Source of the DNA: Candidatus Latescibacterota bacterium
GTDB taxonomy: Bacteria; Latescibacterota; UBA2968; UBA8231
Direction: 5' to 3'
Assembly (NCBI GenBank): GCA_965243025.1
Contig: CBDETY010000003.1
Location: 928,001 to 992,000, forward strand
Length of the DNA stretch: 64,000 nucleotides
The notes below the pieces were generated by a model, which was given only the letters and a program-made list of their open reading frames with translations, was not told the origin of the DNA and searched no databases. Position numbers and translations under genes: made by a program. Positions 50,704 through 61,555 of this stretch are shown here, one piece after another; position 1 is the first letter of the stretch; each line of letters starts with the position of its first letter.

Positions 50704-53079
50704 CTAACGATTCGACAGGTACTGATTCTGGGAAATTTTTTGGATCAAATCCTCGCCAAGGTTACGGATGGCAAGGTGTACTGATCTTGCGTAATTCCTC
50801 GGTAAGTTGGGGAATCCTCGATAGGAATCTGTTCCTTCTCCTATTCCTGTTATGGAGGTGACTTTGTGCATATCGGAACTGTAGAAGTCTATGACGATGT
50901 CTATTTCAGTGCTTCCTTCCCTGGTCATTACGAAAATTCCGGACATACCAAGAATTACATCCGCCCATTCTACTCTTGCCACCCCCGCAAGGTCCAGCTC
51001 TTCCTCCATAGATACCTGTGGAGTTGGGTAGGAATCCAATTCCTCATACGAGGTGAATGCCCTATTCAATGACCGGGCTATCAGTGGCTTGAGTGCTTCT
51101 CCAACATTGAAAATGTATTTGGGGAAAAATTCACCTTCCTTCACCGTGTCGTTAATCTGTAGAGACTTCACCTCCTCGGTAAAGAACAGCCCAATCCTCA
51201 AGGAAGCCGGGTTCTCCACCTCCATGGTCGGAGCGATGTCGCGTTTCAAGGTTACCTGTTTTCCTTTCTTGCCCGCAAACGGTCCTCCCCGGATGGGGAG
51301 AAAATCGCACTTCTTCTTCTTGGCGGCCTTCTCGATTGGATAAAGAGCCCTCTGGATCCTTAACAATCTATTTTTGTAGTCTTTGTTTAGCCGGTTTGTC
51401 TCTTCCTGTTCTTCTCTCCATTTATACAATGGATCGGGGCTTGCAGATAGGGTGGCTGCAATTGACGCCCCGAGGAGGGAGGGCCCCTTCTCAGGGCCGT
51501 CCCCGATAACTTCATTGTAGTGCATTATCGCTATCTCGGCTTCGCGTTTTAGTCCCCCGCACGTCGTCGGGCTGCTGTATCTGCTGGCACACCCCAAAAA
51601 CACCGAGGAGCTACCTTCAAAAGGTGTGGAAATAGAGAAAAGGCGACCCTAACCTTCCATTAGACAGTTTCCACAAACCGCCCGGTAGCCAGCCGGGCAA
51701 CGGAAGGAGAGAGTCGCCATGAGAGAATCTACCCTCGAATCTGTAGCCCCGTCCATGCCCACGTTCGCCACGTTGGAGGCTTGGGCCCGATCCTCGATCC
51801 AGGATCTGTTGCAACGGGTTCTGGAGGAGGAGGTGACGGCGTTTCTGGGACGGACGCGCTACCAGCGACGGTCCGCCGTAGACGCCACCCCCGGCTCCCG
51901 CAACGGACACGGCAAACCGCGACGGGTGTCGTTGATGTCGGGCACCGTCCAAGTGAGACGGCCGCGCGTTCGGGGACTGGAAGAGCGCTTTGAGAGTCGA
52001 ATTCTGCCGCTGTTCCTGCGCCGTACCCACGAGGTGACCCGGATGCTGCCCGAGCTCTACCTGCACGGGCTGTCTCAGGGGGACTTCGAACTGGCTTTGC
52101 GGGGGCTTTTGGGCAACGGCGCTCCCCTGTCGGCTTCGTCCATTGGCCGCCTGCGGGCGCAGTGGGAGGAGGAGCTGGAGACCTGGCGGGAGCGACGTCT
52201 CGACGACCGCGAGCTGGTGTACGCGTGGGCGGATGGCATCTACGTCAAGGCCGGGTTGGAGAAGGACAAGGCGGCTCTGCTGGTCGTCATCGGCGCCATG
52301 AGCGACGGTCGCAAGGAGGTACTGGCCGTGTGGCCCGGCTACCGCGAGTCGACGGCGTCCTGGCTGAAGGTCCTGCGCGACCTGCGCGATCGGGGTCTGC
52401 GGGCCCCGCGGCTGTTGATGGCCGACGGGGGTCTGCCTATCTGGAGCGCCACCGAGCAGGTGTGGCCGCAGGCGTCGCATCAGCGCTGCTGGAATCACAA
52501 GATCCTCAACGTGCTCGATGACCTGCCGAAAAAGGTTCAGGGAAAAGCGCGGGCGTTGTTGACGCAGATCCCTTCGGCGGAGACGCGCCAAGAGGCGCAG
52601 AAACGACGGGCAACCTTTGCCCGCCGCTACCGCGACCGGTATCCGCAGGCGGTAGCCACCCTCGAACGCGACTGGGAGCGCATGGTCACCTTCTACGAGT
52701 TTCCCAGGGAGCACTGGAAGCACCTGCGCACAACCAATCCGGTCGAGAGCCCCTTTGCTTCGGTGCGTCTGCGCACCAACGCCGGCAAGCGCTACAAGCG
52801 GGTTCAGGGAGCGACCGCTCTGATTTGGCGCGTGTTGATGGTGGCAGAAAAACGCTTTCGAAAACTCAATGCGCCCGAATTACTGCCCCTCGTCTACGCC
52901 GGACAACAATACCAGGATGGGAAGCCCATCAAGAACGAAAAGACATCCACCAGGAGAAGGTTGAAACGGGCCGCCTGATCTCATTTACACACCTTTTGAC
53001 GTGACCTCAACACCGAGGCGATCAGGGATAATGTGGGATAAAGGAACATACGCACGAGTATTGCCGCTGATACTTGCAT
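50704..53079 (-). pseudogene. Lipoprotein interrupted in its signal peptide by IS256
   Basis: Excising the IS restores MQVSAAILVRMFLYPTLSLIASVFLGC with RBS GGAG. Confidence 0.8.
51608..53008 (+). mobile_element. IS256-family element (transposase 51719-52978)
   Basis: YAWADGIY, GYRES, HQRCWNHK, RTTNPVES; IRs gagctaccttcaaaaggtgtg / cacaccttttgacgtgacctc; 9-bp duplication AACACCGAG. Confidence 0.95.
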
Positions 53080-53385
53080 TTCAAATTTCTCCAAATAGCG
53101 AGTCAGAAAAGTCATCCGAAGTGTCTCATTCTCGCTGACAGGTTCCGAAGAAAGCCTGGGATTCCTGAAGGCCGCGGAAGCGCAAGGCCTTGCGCCCCGC
53201 CTCATCCGTCCGTTTACCGGACTTTTTCAAGGATCGACCTGATAGCACGACTTCCGACGGCACGGGCTTCGCCGAGGAGGATAACGGCATCGCCTGAGGG
53301 GAACGACTTCAATCAGAGGCCGCAGCAAGTAACCGCAGAACCTCCCTGCAGTCTCACAACAAGCCTACCCCGAGCAGGGGGCGAG

Positions 53386-53414
53386 TGTCAGGGGGAATTA
53401 CCCTCACTGACACA
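53386..53414. terminator. Stem-loop just downstream of the 53425 gene
   Basis: gtgtcag...ctgacac inverted repeat. Confidence 0.4.
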
Positions 53415-53424
53415 CATTCGTTCC

Positions 53425-53973
53425 CTACATTCCCCTCTTGACCGTTCCCCAAGTGGTTGATTTTACGGAGGTCGGGACACTCAACCGGGAAAAAACCATT
53501 ACTTCGATCTCCGGACATCCCAGTGCAAGACATACGGCTATTCCCACTCCCAACCTCAGGGTATCTCCATCCAATTGATACAGAAAAAGATCGGGTTCAG
53601 GGGGTGGAGCGTCCTCGCGAAACTCGGTAATCAGCTCCGCAAGGGCCTCGTCATCCGGAACTTCGAGCCCGGCGTCCTCGAATTGCTTGCGTATGAATGC
53701 TTCCACCGTCATTCCATCGATAAGAATGTCCCAATCTCCCTCGGGAATGAGACTCAGGGAATCCCCGGAAGCACTCCAGGTGCCGCGCATGGTGCTTTCC
53801 ATCGTGAACCCCAGAAGACCTTCTTCCACTTCGGTAATGACCGTGAACGAGAATTCACCGTCTCCGAGAGTAATGCGGAATTCCGCTTCATTCTCGCGAT
53901 GCCCGCCCCATTCACCCTGGAGCTGTGCTCCCAACGACACTGGCAACAACATCAAAAGGACTGCTGATCGCAT
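53425..53973 (-). CDS. Secreted hypothetical protein with TTWGTVK tail (duplicate of 21060-21608)
   Basis: Near-identical protein and about 65 bp of shared upstream DNA. Confidence 0.8.
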   Translation of the reverse strand: MRSAVLLMLLPVSLGAQLQGEWGGHRENEAEFRITLGDGEFSFTVITEVEEGLLGFTMESTMRGTWSASGDSLSLIPEGDWDILIDGMTVEAFIRKQFEDAGLEVPDDEALAELITEFREDAPPPEPDLFLYQLDGDTLRLGVGIAVCLALGCPEIEVMVFSRLSVPTSVKSTTWGTVKRGM

Positions 53974-54157
53974 AAGAGTTCTCCTTGTAATTGGATGTAC
54001 CGGACTGGCTATCTTGGGGGTTCCGAATTCATCGGTCCTTCCTTCTATCTACAGGTATGGCCGACCCGATCAACATACTGAGTAAGCCACCTGGAAACAG
54101 CCCCGACTAGAGCGCCGGCGATTACAGCTCCCGCCGCCTCTGTGCAAACCTACCCGC

Positions 54158-54451
54158 TCAGTCGTTGCTTATGGTGCGGCTGATGTGTCCCTGCTCATCG
54201 CCTACGTAGATCGTCCCAAGGGTTCCCAAAGCCAAGTCAAGGCTGGCGACGGGCTTGGCGGTTGGCTTGGCCGCTTGGGCCGTAGAATCAGCCGATGCGG
54301 ATGCCACGGTGGCTGGGGATGCAACCACGGCGGGCTTCGGTTCTTCCTTCTCCTCAGGTTTGCGGTCATAGTCCCGAACAGCCAATTCCATCAGGGCCAT
54401 GAAGGCAGTTCCGATCAATAGAGACGTTTGAATCCATAACCAAGGGTTCAT
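54158..54451 (-). CDS. Small membrane-anchored protein
   Basis: RBS AAAGGAG; N-terminal hydrophobic helix; Ala/Pro-rich linker. Confidence 0.6.
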   Translation of the reverse strand: MNPWLWIQTSLLIGTAFMALMELAVRDYDRKPEEKEEPKPAVVASPATVASASADSTAQAAKPTAKPVASLDLALGTLGTIYVGDEQGHISRTISND

Positions 54452-54758
54452 GGTATGCTCCTTTCATGATACTGGACGGCCATGCACCGCCAGGGTCGCT
54501 GGCGAGAGGCTCGTCGGCGGCAACCGCAAGTTCAAAGGCATCCGGCCCCGCGGATCGGAATAGCCCCCCGGATCGAAGATCGGAGACCTGCATCCCCAGC
54601 AGCGGTTGACTGGAAAGATGAAGTCAGTAGGGGAAGGCGGACCTCGTTTGTTTGTGCCTTGAATCACCAATCGAGAAGAAGGAATCCCTCAAGCCTTCGT
54701 CCGCCTTCCCATTACGGTATTGCAAGAACCGTTTCCGGAAAGGAGAAATCGCCAAATA

Positions 54759-55331
54759 TTAATTGGAGATAATCAGGATTAAAATAGTGGCCGACCCCAG
54801 TAAACCTCCGCCAAGGCGAGCGCCACGTTTTTTCTGCTTTGTACGCTCCTTGTATCCTTGCGAAAAACCCATTGAGTAGTTAGAGCCCTTTTCCTGAACA
54901 ACACTGGAGCCCATCAAGTGAATTGGAACATCGTCGCCACCGGTAACTCCCCAAAGAATTCCGGTACCGATCAGGCCCGTAAAGAATCCACATGCGAATC
55001 CGCCGACGAAACTGCCAGCAGTACCCCTGCCCTCAGCTGCCACTCTTCCATCATTGAACCCATCCGCCATGCTGTATACACGGCTTTGCTGGGTTTGTTT
55101 CCCCGCCTGTGCAGTGACCAAGGGAATGGGTAATTGTTGGGTATAGAATGGGGTCCACCTGTTACTTCCCGCAGATAGTGTTCTCAATGAGAACGGTAGC
55201 CTTTGTAGAGGCACTACGTTCTCTTGTTGTAGCGATTTATGAAGCTTCGGGGAATCAAAGCCTACTTCTGCATGTGAACTCATGCCAGAAACGAACAGAC
55301 TGAGTGCGAGTGTCATCAGAATCGCTTTCAT
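54759..55331 (-). CDS. Secreted/membrane protein with Gly-rich hydrophobic segments
   Basis: RBS AAGGAG, signal peptide MKAILMTLAL; GGFACGFFTGLIGTG. Confidence 0.7.
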   Translation of the reverse strand: MKAILMTLALSLFVSGMSSHAEVGFDSPKLHKSLQQENVVPLQRLPFSLRTLSAGSNRWTPFYTQQLPIPLVTAQAGKQTQQSRVYSMADGFNDGRVAAEGRGTAGSFVGGFACGFFTGLIGTGILWGVTGGDDVPIHLMGSSVVQEKGSNYSMGFSQGYKERTKQKKRGARLGGGLLGSATILILIISN

Positions 55332-55689
55332 GGAAGTCAGTTCTCTCCTTAAGTTTTGGTATTGACCGCTTGGGAGGATTTCCCTTTGTGTGGGGCGGGA
55401 TTTCTTGGACAGAAGTTTGTCAGGAATTTTTGCGATAAATGCCCCTCGGATCCTCGAGGTTGGCCCGTTGAATCTTGCCCGTATCGGAGTCCGCCCAGTA
55501 CTGCGATCCTCCCCGTGCATGTGTCCTTTGGGATATCTGCTATGTTATTTGCAAAAGAGTTTTCAGCCCTGCCTTGCGGTTTCGAAGCGGTTTCGAAAAA
55601 GGCAGGAGCGGGTTGCTCGACAGTCACGGATCCATCGCGCATCGCCGATCGATTTCCAAGGCAGCGGCGACCCAAAAGACGGATTCCCG

Positions 55690-56673
55690 CTATTCCCCGG
55701 TTTCCGCATACAGCTCCCTCGCCGCTTTCATCTCCTCCCCGATCTCCCGGCGCAATTCCTCCGGGGCCAGCACCTCGCACTCCGGTCCCCATGCCCTGAT
55801 CCAGGACTTGATTTCCAGAACGTGATTGACCAGGAACGTCAGCGTACAGCGACCCTCCCGGTCTTTCTCGTGGGCCACGACCCCGGGCCAGTCCGATTCA
55901 TTCACCCGATAGACCGCGTTTCTGGAAAAGCGCAGCTTCACTTCCACTACCTCGTCGCCGCCCCTGATTCCCCAGGAGTGCTTGAGGTAGTCGCAGGGGT
56001 CGAAATCAGGCAGAGGCTCGAAGCGGGTATCGAGCACCTCTACATCTTCCAGCCGTTCGACCTTGAATGAGCGGATGGCCTGGCGGAAGTGATCGAACCC
56101 GAACACGTAACAGGAATAGCCCACGAAGGAGGGCTCGATGAAGAAGGGATCGAACAGGCGCTCGGAGCGCTCCCCGGTGATGGGATCGCGATAGACCAGT
56201 TGCACCTGCCTCCTGCCCGCCCATGCCCGGGTAAGGCCTTCCAGAACTTTCAGGTAGTCCGGGGCAAGCCGCCTCTGGGAAACAGCCACGGCGGCCTGCT
56301 CGACGTGCTCTCCGATGGCGTCGGGCAGGGTTGCGGCGAGCTTGAGCAGGGACGCGACCACATGGGGATTGTGCTTGTCGCTGTAGGCCGACAGCATCCG
56401 CGCCGCCAGGTAGAGCGAGAGGGCCTCGTCGAGGTTCAGCTGGATGCGAAGGTCGATGTGCCCGCCTTCCACCAGCCTCCAGACGCGGCCCTCCCGGTAT
56501 ACCGGGAGCCGTCCCCGCTCCGACAGCTCCTTCACATAGCGCCGGGCCGTCCGTTGGCTCACCCCCAACAGCCTGGCGATTTCCCCGGTTCCCACCCCTT
56601 CGGGCTTCCGGGGGAACAGTACCTTGATCTGTTCGAGCCGATCCGCTTTGTGGATCGCATCTGACATGAGCAT
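55690..56673 (-). CDS. HTH-WYL-WCX transcriptional regulator
   Basis: EIARLLGVSQRTARRYV HTH; IRSFKVERL WYL core; WIRAWGPECEVLAPEELR WCX. Confidence 0.92.
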   Translation of the reverse strand: MLMSDAIHKADRLEQIKVLFPRKPEGVGTGEIARLLGVSQRTARRYVKELSERGRLPVYREGRVWRLVEGGHIDLRIQLNLDEALSLYLAARMLSAYSDKHNPHVVASLLKLAATLPDAIGEHVEQAAVAVSQRRLAPDYLKVLEGLTRAWAGRRQVQLVYRDPITGERSERLFDPFFIEPSFVGYSCYVFGFDHFRQAIRSFKVERLEDVEVLDTRFEPLPDFDPCDYLKHSWGIRGGDEVVEVKLRFSRNAVYRVNESDWPGVVAHEKDREGRCTLTFLVNHVLEIKSWIRAWGPECEVLAPEELRREIGEEMKAARELYAETGE

Positions 56674-56710
56674 GGTTTCCCCTCCCCCGATAAGGATGAG
56701 TTCCAAAGGG

Positions 56711-56772
56711 GACAGGGGGTGTCTGTTGTATTCACCAGGTCAAAAAAAATCCAAGGCGGACAATGACCGTCC
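56711..56772. promoter_or_regulatory. Two palindromes upstream of the WYL gene (candidate operators)
   Basis: GACA-N5-TGTC (56711-56723) and GGAC-N7-GTCC (56758-56772). Confidence 0.45.
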
Positions 56773-57339
56773 CTTTCCATTACCAAATGGATCCACCTTC
56801 TCCGTCACGTGGATCCAACTCGACTCACCCGGGAACCGACCGGGGATGGTCTCCGGCGCAGGGTGCCGTCGGGAAAACCAGTCGGATGAGAGGGGATGTC
56901 CGTACTCCGGGGTAGCCCTCACTGAGACCGGCAGGAAGCCTTCGGCCACCTCCGTGACGTAGATATCGGCATAGCCCCTTTTGCTGCCAGGCAGGGCTAT
57001 GTCAATCCCGAAAAAAGCATTCCGGTGAAGGGAGCACCGACGGGAAAACCCTGCGAGGAGAATAGCTGTCGCCAGTGAGTATCTCATTGGGTAGTCGCTC
57101 TTGAATAGACCTCTGAAGGGTTCAAAGTACTACAATTCAAATGACTTCAGGATGATACTTTCCCCAATTTGTATGATAAACACATAACTTTTTGTGAAAG
57201 GGGACTCGTCGGGGCCAAGCCTACCGGCCCGACGGGTGATCTCTTTCCCCAGGGAGTCAGACCCTACCGGGAAAGAGGATGTGAAACGCAGTCGAAAGGA
57301 GTGGGGGGTGAAGGGACGAGATCCCCCCAACAGGGGCGG

Positions 57340-59718
57340 TTACTCCGGATGCTGTCCTTCGGGCATGAAGTAGCCGACGCGTCGCTCTACAAACAGGTAG
57401 GCGGGGTGGGCGCCGTCGTCGTTGAGCTTTCTTCGGAGTCTTCTTACCAAGGCGCGTACCACCCCCAGATCCGCGGAGTGGGCCGGGCCCCATACCCTTC
57501 TCAGCAGCTGGTTGTAGGTGACCACCCGTCCTGCGTTGACGGACAGCTCGAAGAGCAGGTCGTATTCGGAGGCGGTCAGATTCAGGGCCCGGCCGGCCAG
57601 GGTGACGCGGCGTTGGGCGTAGTCGATGGCCAGGTCCCCCAGCACATAGGGTCCGGCCGGCTCGTCGGAGGGGTCCTCCCCCTTGCGCAAGGCGGCCCAG
57701 ACCCGGGCCACCAGCTCGGTGGGGGAAAAGGGCTTCAGGATGTAATCGGAGGCCCCCGACTCGAAGGCCTGTGAAACGGTCTCGCCGCCGCCGTACCCGG
57801 ACACGAAGATGACCGGTACGTCGGACGTGCCCAGGAGGTCCTTCATCAGCTCGAGCCCGTCGGACCCGGGCAGCATGAGGTCGAGCAGGACGAGGTGGGG
57901 CTTGTTTTGCTTGAGGAGGACGGGCACCTGATCCGGGTCGGCGGTCGCTACCGGCTCGAACTCCGCCTCGGTGAGCGCCTGCCGCATGAAATGGAGCGCC
58001 TGCGGGTCGTCGTCGACCACGAGGATGCGCGGCTTCCGTTTCCCCTTGCGGGGCGACTCCGGGGAGGGCGAGGACCGGTCCACGGCCTCGTTGACCGCCG
58101 GAATCGTGAAGGTGAACCGCGCGCCCTGGCCGGGGCCGTCGCTTTCGGCCCAGATGCGGCCCCCGTGCGCCTCCACGATCCCCTTGCAAATGGCCAGACC
58201 CAGGCCCGACCCGCCGTCCCCTTCTTCCCGGTGTTCCCTGTGGGTACGGGTGGGCTTGCGAAACAGCTGCGGCAACCGTTCGGGGGGTAGGCCCCTGCCC
58301 TGGTCGGCGATGGAGACGGCGACGTGGGTGTCCTGCCGGACGGCCGTCACCTCGATGGGCGACGATTCCGGCGAATGCCGGGCGGCGTTGGACAGCAGGT
58401 TGCCCAGGACCTGGACAATGCGCCGCCGGTCCGCCATCACCAGGGGCAGATCCGGCGCCAGGTCGATGTGGAGGTGGGGCCGGCCCCCTCCGCTGAGGAA
58501 CAGGTTCCGGGCCCGGTCCACCACGGCCGAAACTTCCACCGCCTCCGGAGCGATCTGCAGCGTGCCCGTCTCGAGGTGCGCCACGTCGAGAAGGGCGCCG
58601 ATCAGCTCGCGCATGGACTCGGCCTGGTCCAGAATAATCCGGTGAAACTGGCCCCTCTCGGCCGGGTCCAGGTCGGAGGAGGGATTCAGCAGGGCGGTCG
58701 CCGAGCCGATGATCGAGGTCAGCGGAACGCGCAGTTCGTGGCTGACCATACCCAGGAACTCGGCCCGCAGCCGCTCCTGCTCCTCCAGGGGGGTCAGGTC
58801 CTGCAGGGTCATGACATAGGAGACGACTTCGCCATCCTCGGAGAGGATGGGGGTGGCGTTGACCAGCACGGCAACCGATCCCCCGCCCGGAACCTGCATG
58901 ACGATTTCCTCGGCGCGCACCGTCTCCCCGGCGCTCAACGCCTGGGCAATGGAGAACTCTTCCAGGGAGACCTCCCGCCCGTCGCCACGCCGGAAGGTCA
59001 GGATCCGGAGCAGATCTTCCGGTGACTGGTCCGGTTTCCGCAGGTTTTCGGTGATCCTGTTCGCCTCCCGGTTGAACGATTTCGGCGCGCCCGTCCTCAC
59101 ATCGAAGACCACCACGCCCACCGGGGACGTGTGAATCAGGGTCTCCAGGTCGGCCCTTGCCCGCTGCTCGTCCCGGTAGCGGCGGGCGTTGGCGATCACC
59201 AGGGCCGCCTGGGAGGCGAACAGGACCAGGGTCTCCTCGTCTTCCCGGGTGAACTCCTCGCCGGCTTCCTTGCCGGCCAGGTAAAGGTTGCCGGCCCGTT
59301 CTCCGCCGTGGAAGATCGGTGCCGCCAGGAAGGACACGACCGGACCCACCGGCAAGGGCGGCCGCAGCTCGGGCAGACCCTGCGACCGGAGGTGGCCGAG
59401 CAGGTCCGGGATCCGGAGGGGGGAGGCAAGGTTGCCCAGGTACTCGTAGAGCCGCATCGCCTCGGGCAGGTCCCAGAGCAGTCTATCCTCTTCGGCCGTC
59501 ATCCCGGAGGAGAGGAAGTCCCGGGGTAACCCCGCATCGTCCAGGAAGGTCATCACTCCGTACCGGGCATCCGTCAGGGACCGGGCCGAGTCCAGGACCC
59601 CTTGCAGTACCGTGGGGTAGTCGAGGCTCTCGTTGATGCGCAGGCTCGCCTCGCTCAGCCGGGACAGACGGTCGCGCGGAGCTGGCATCTCCTGATCGGG
59701 CCGGTGGGTCCTGTTCAT
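57340..59718 (-). CDS. Soluble hybrid sensor kinase/regulator: GAF-PAS-HisKA-HATPase-REC-OmpR winged helix
   Basis: SHELRVPLTSI, NLLSNA, DQGRG, GSGLGL, ILVVDDD, DLMLP, KPF, LTASEYDLL...ERRVGY. Confidence 0.92.
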   Translation of the reverse strand: MNRTHRPDQEMPAPRDRLSRLSEASLRINESLDYPTVLQGVLDSARSLTDARYGVMTFLDDAGLPRDFLSSGMTAEEDRLLWDLPEAMRLYEYLGNLASPLRIPDLLGHLRSQGLPELRPPLPVGPVVSFLAAPIFHGGERAGNLYLAGKEAGEEFTREDEETLVLFASQAALVIANARRYRDEQRARADLETLIHTSPVGVVVFDVRTGAPKSFNREANRITENLRKPDQSPEDLLRILTFRRGDGREVSLEEFSIAQALSAGETVRAEEIVMQVPGGGSVAVLVNATPILSEDGEVVSYVMTLQDLTPLEEQERLRAEFLGMVSHELRVPLTSIIGSATALLNPSSDLDPAERGQFHRIILDQAESMRELIGALLDVAHLETGTLQIAPEAVEVSAVVDRARNLFLSGGGRPHLHIDLAPDLPLVMADRRRIVQVLGNLLSNAARHSPESSPIEVTAVRQDTHVAVSIADQGRGLPPERLPQLFRKPTRTHREHREEGDGGSGLGLAICKGIVEAHGGRIWAESDGPGQGARFTFTIPAVNEAVDRSSPSPESPRKGKRKPRILVVDDDPQALHFMRQALTEAEFEPVATADPDQVPVLLKQNKPHLVLLDLMLPGSDGLELMKDLLGTSDVPVIFVSGYGGGETVSQAFESGASDYILKPFSPTELVARVWAALRKGEDPSDEPAGPYVLGDLAIDYAQRRVTLAGRALNLTASEYDLLFELSVNAGRVVTYNQLLRRVWGPAHSADLGVVRALVRRLRRKLNDDGAHPAYLFVERRVGYFMPEGQHPE

Positions 59719-60267
59719 TTCTTCCTCTCTTCCTCCTCCAACAGTCATCCGGATCGGGCTCGGCAGCCCCGGACGGTGGTCAAACCCGAACACGCTGGGG
59801 ACGGATTTGATAAGGAGCCCCCCTGTGTCATACAAATATAATATTATTTGGCTAAAATATCATTCAATAATCACGGAATTGTCAGTATTTTGAAAATGCG
59901 CTACAAGTCCGGCCAGACCCTTCCCAAATCGGGTTTGCCGGGAAAGAGAGACCAATGTGCCCTTCGGCTTCGGACAGACGTATCCAAGGGTTCCCTCACA
60001 TGCCGTTCTCCCCTTGCCGACGATGACTTCGCCGAGTATCAACGACGGTGTCTCAAGGTCCTTGGCTTCGAACTCCTGGACTCGAAAGCCATCCGCTCCT
60101 GAGCCGGGTTGGTGGACGTGTTTTCTTCGCGTTGGGTGATTTCCGCGTCGAAAAAGGGGTCCGATGGAATCTCCCCGATGAGAAACTGGCTGATCTCGAC
60201 CCGACATACGATGCTGGCCGTCTCGGTGAGGGGGGTTTGGCCTCCCTTTTGAAAGGGAGAAGACCCC

Positions 60268-60858
60268 ATGCGATTACCTGCCGGTATCCTGTTTTTCGCT
60301 TCACTGGCTTCCGCCGATGAATCCCTGGTCGGTACCTGGATGCTCGAGGGCGGCACGGACTCCATTACTATTCGAGATGACGGGACTCTTGCGCGGGAAA
60401 TCAGCATCGACGTGGAGACGTTCCTGGCTCCCTCGGATCTGGGATTCAGTGATAGCCCCGAGATAAGGGAAACCCTGGCCGCCCTTATCCCGGGGCGAAT
60501 TGTGCACGTGTCCCTTTCCGGGACCTGGGAATCACGAGGCAGCCGGTTTTTGACTGTCTATCGAACCGCCGAAGTGGAAGGGTGGGAAGAGCTGGTTGAC
60601 GACATTATGAAAATTGCGGGGCCGGCAATGGAGAAACGCCTGGAGGGCTCAGATCACGTAGACTTCCTGGTAGACGCCTACAGAGGGCTTCTGAAGTCGT
60701 TGTTTTCGCCGAGAGATACCTTTCAATTCGGGGAAGAAACGTCTGTTTCCTGGCGCATCGAAGACGAAGTCCTCACTCTGGGCGGCGATGTCTATAAGCG
60801 AGTGATCCCGACACCGGTACAGTCGGTGTCCTGGGGCCAGCTCAAGAAAGGGGAATAA
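60268..60858 (+). CDS. Secreted hypothetical protein with VSWGQLK tail
   Basis: RBS GGGAG, signal peptide, lipocalin-like 'LVGTW'; tail PTPVQSVSWGQLKKGE. Confidence 0.75.
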   Translation: MRLPAGILFFASLASADESLVGTWMLEGGTDSITIRDDGTLAREISIDVETFLAPSDLGFSDSPEIRETLAALIPGRIVHVSLSGTWESRGSRFLTVYRTAEVEGWEELVDDIMKIAGPAMEKRLEGSDHVDFLVDAYRGLLKSLFSPRDTFQFGEETSVSWRIEDEVLTLGGDVYKRVIPTPVQSVSWGQLKKGE

Positions 60859-61555
60859 AGCCTGGAGCGTGGTTTCCGGTTCCGGGAAGGGTCTTCGTCG
60901 CGGGTGGCTCTTTTTCCGGTAAGGTGAAGCTCGCTTCAGGCCAACACGGATGCGGGTTGTATCAGCAGAGTTTCGACACGAGACGTTTCGCGGCGATCCG
61001 GACCGCTGGTGCGGTTCCTTCGCGTCGATGGGCGAGGGCCTTTCCGGCGATCCACGAGCGCCGCAGCGCAGAAAGCCGAATACAGGCGGGTTTCTATGCC
61101 TCTTCAGCCTATCGTCGAGAAGTTTGCCCGAATCGTGTGCCTGTTGGGGGATCCAGAAAAGAGAAAAAGCCAGAGGACAGTCCATGCGCCGGAGAGAAAC
61201 GCCCCGCGAGAAATCACCCGATGCGGACCGAAAGTGACGATCCAGGAAAATGATCCGAAAGACGGAATACTTAGCAGATCCCTTACGGCAGCACGGATCC
61301 TCACCGCCACCCTAGGCGCAATCGCACAGGAGGAAACCGCCGATCAGAGGTGTACGTAGTCGAGAGGTCGACGTCACCGGCTCCCGCATCAAGAGCGCGG
61401 AGAGCCTGTCGCAGGTGCCGAATCGTGGTCGTATCGAAGGAGGAGAGACCCAAGAGCCTCACGGGTCGCTGCTGGAGTATCGCGACAACCTGACGTTCTT
61501 CTTTGAGAGGTTCCGGGGATGGCGCTCAAGAGGAGATACGGAGTACAGAGACGGA

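Noticed and set aside
50403-50800. Plus-strand ORF fragments convergent on the lipoprotein
   Set aside because: Broken across frames with no recognisable domain; cannot support a call.
56740-57087. 115-aa minus-strand ORF upstream of WYL
   Set aside because: Signal-peptide-like start but it degenerates quickly; probably a decayed gene, not assignable.
59848-60260. Short ORFs between the kinase and the secreted protein, and in 60900-61500
   Set aside because: No RBS, motif or consistent coding signal.
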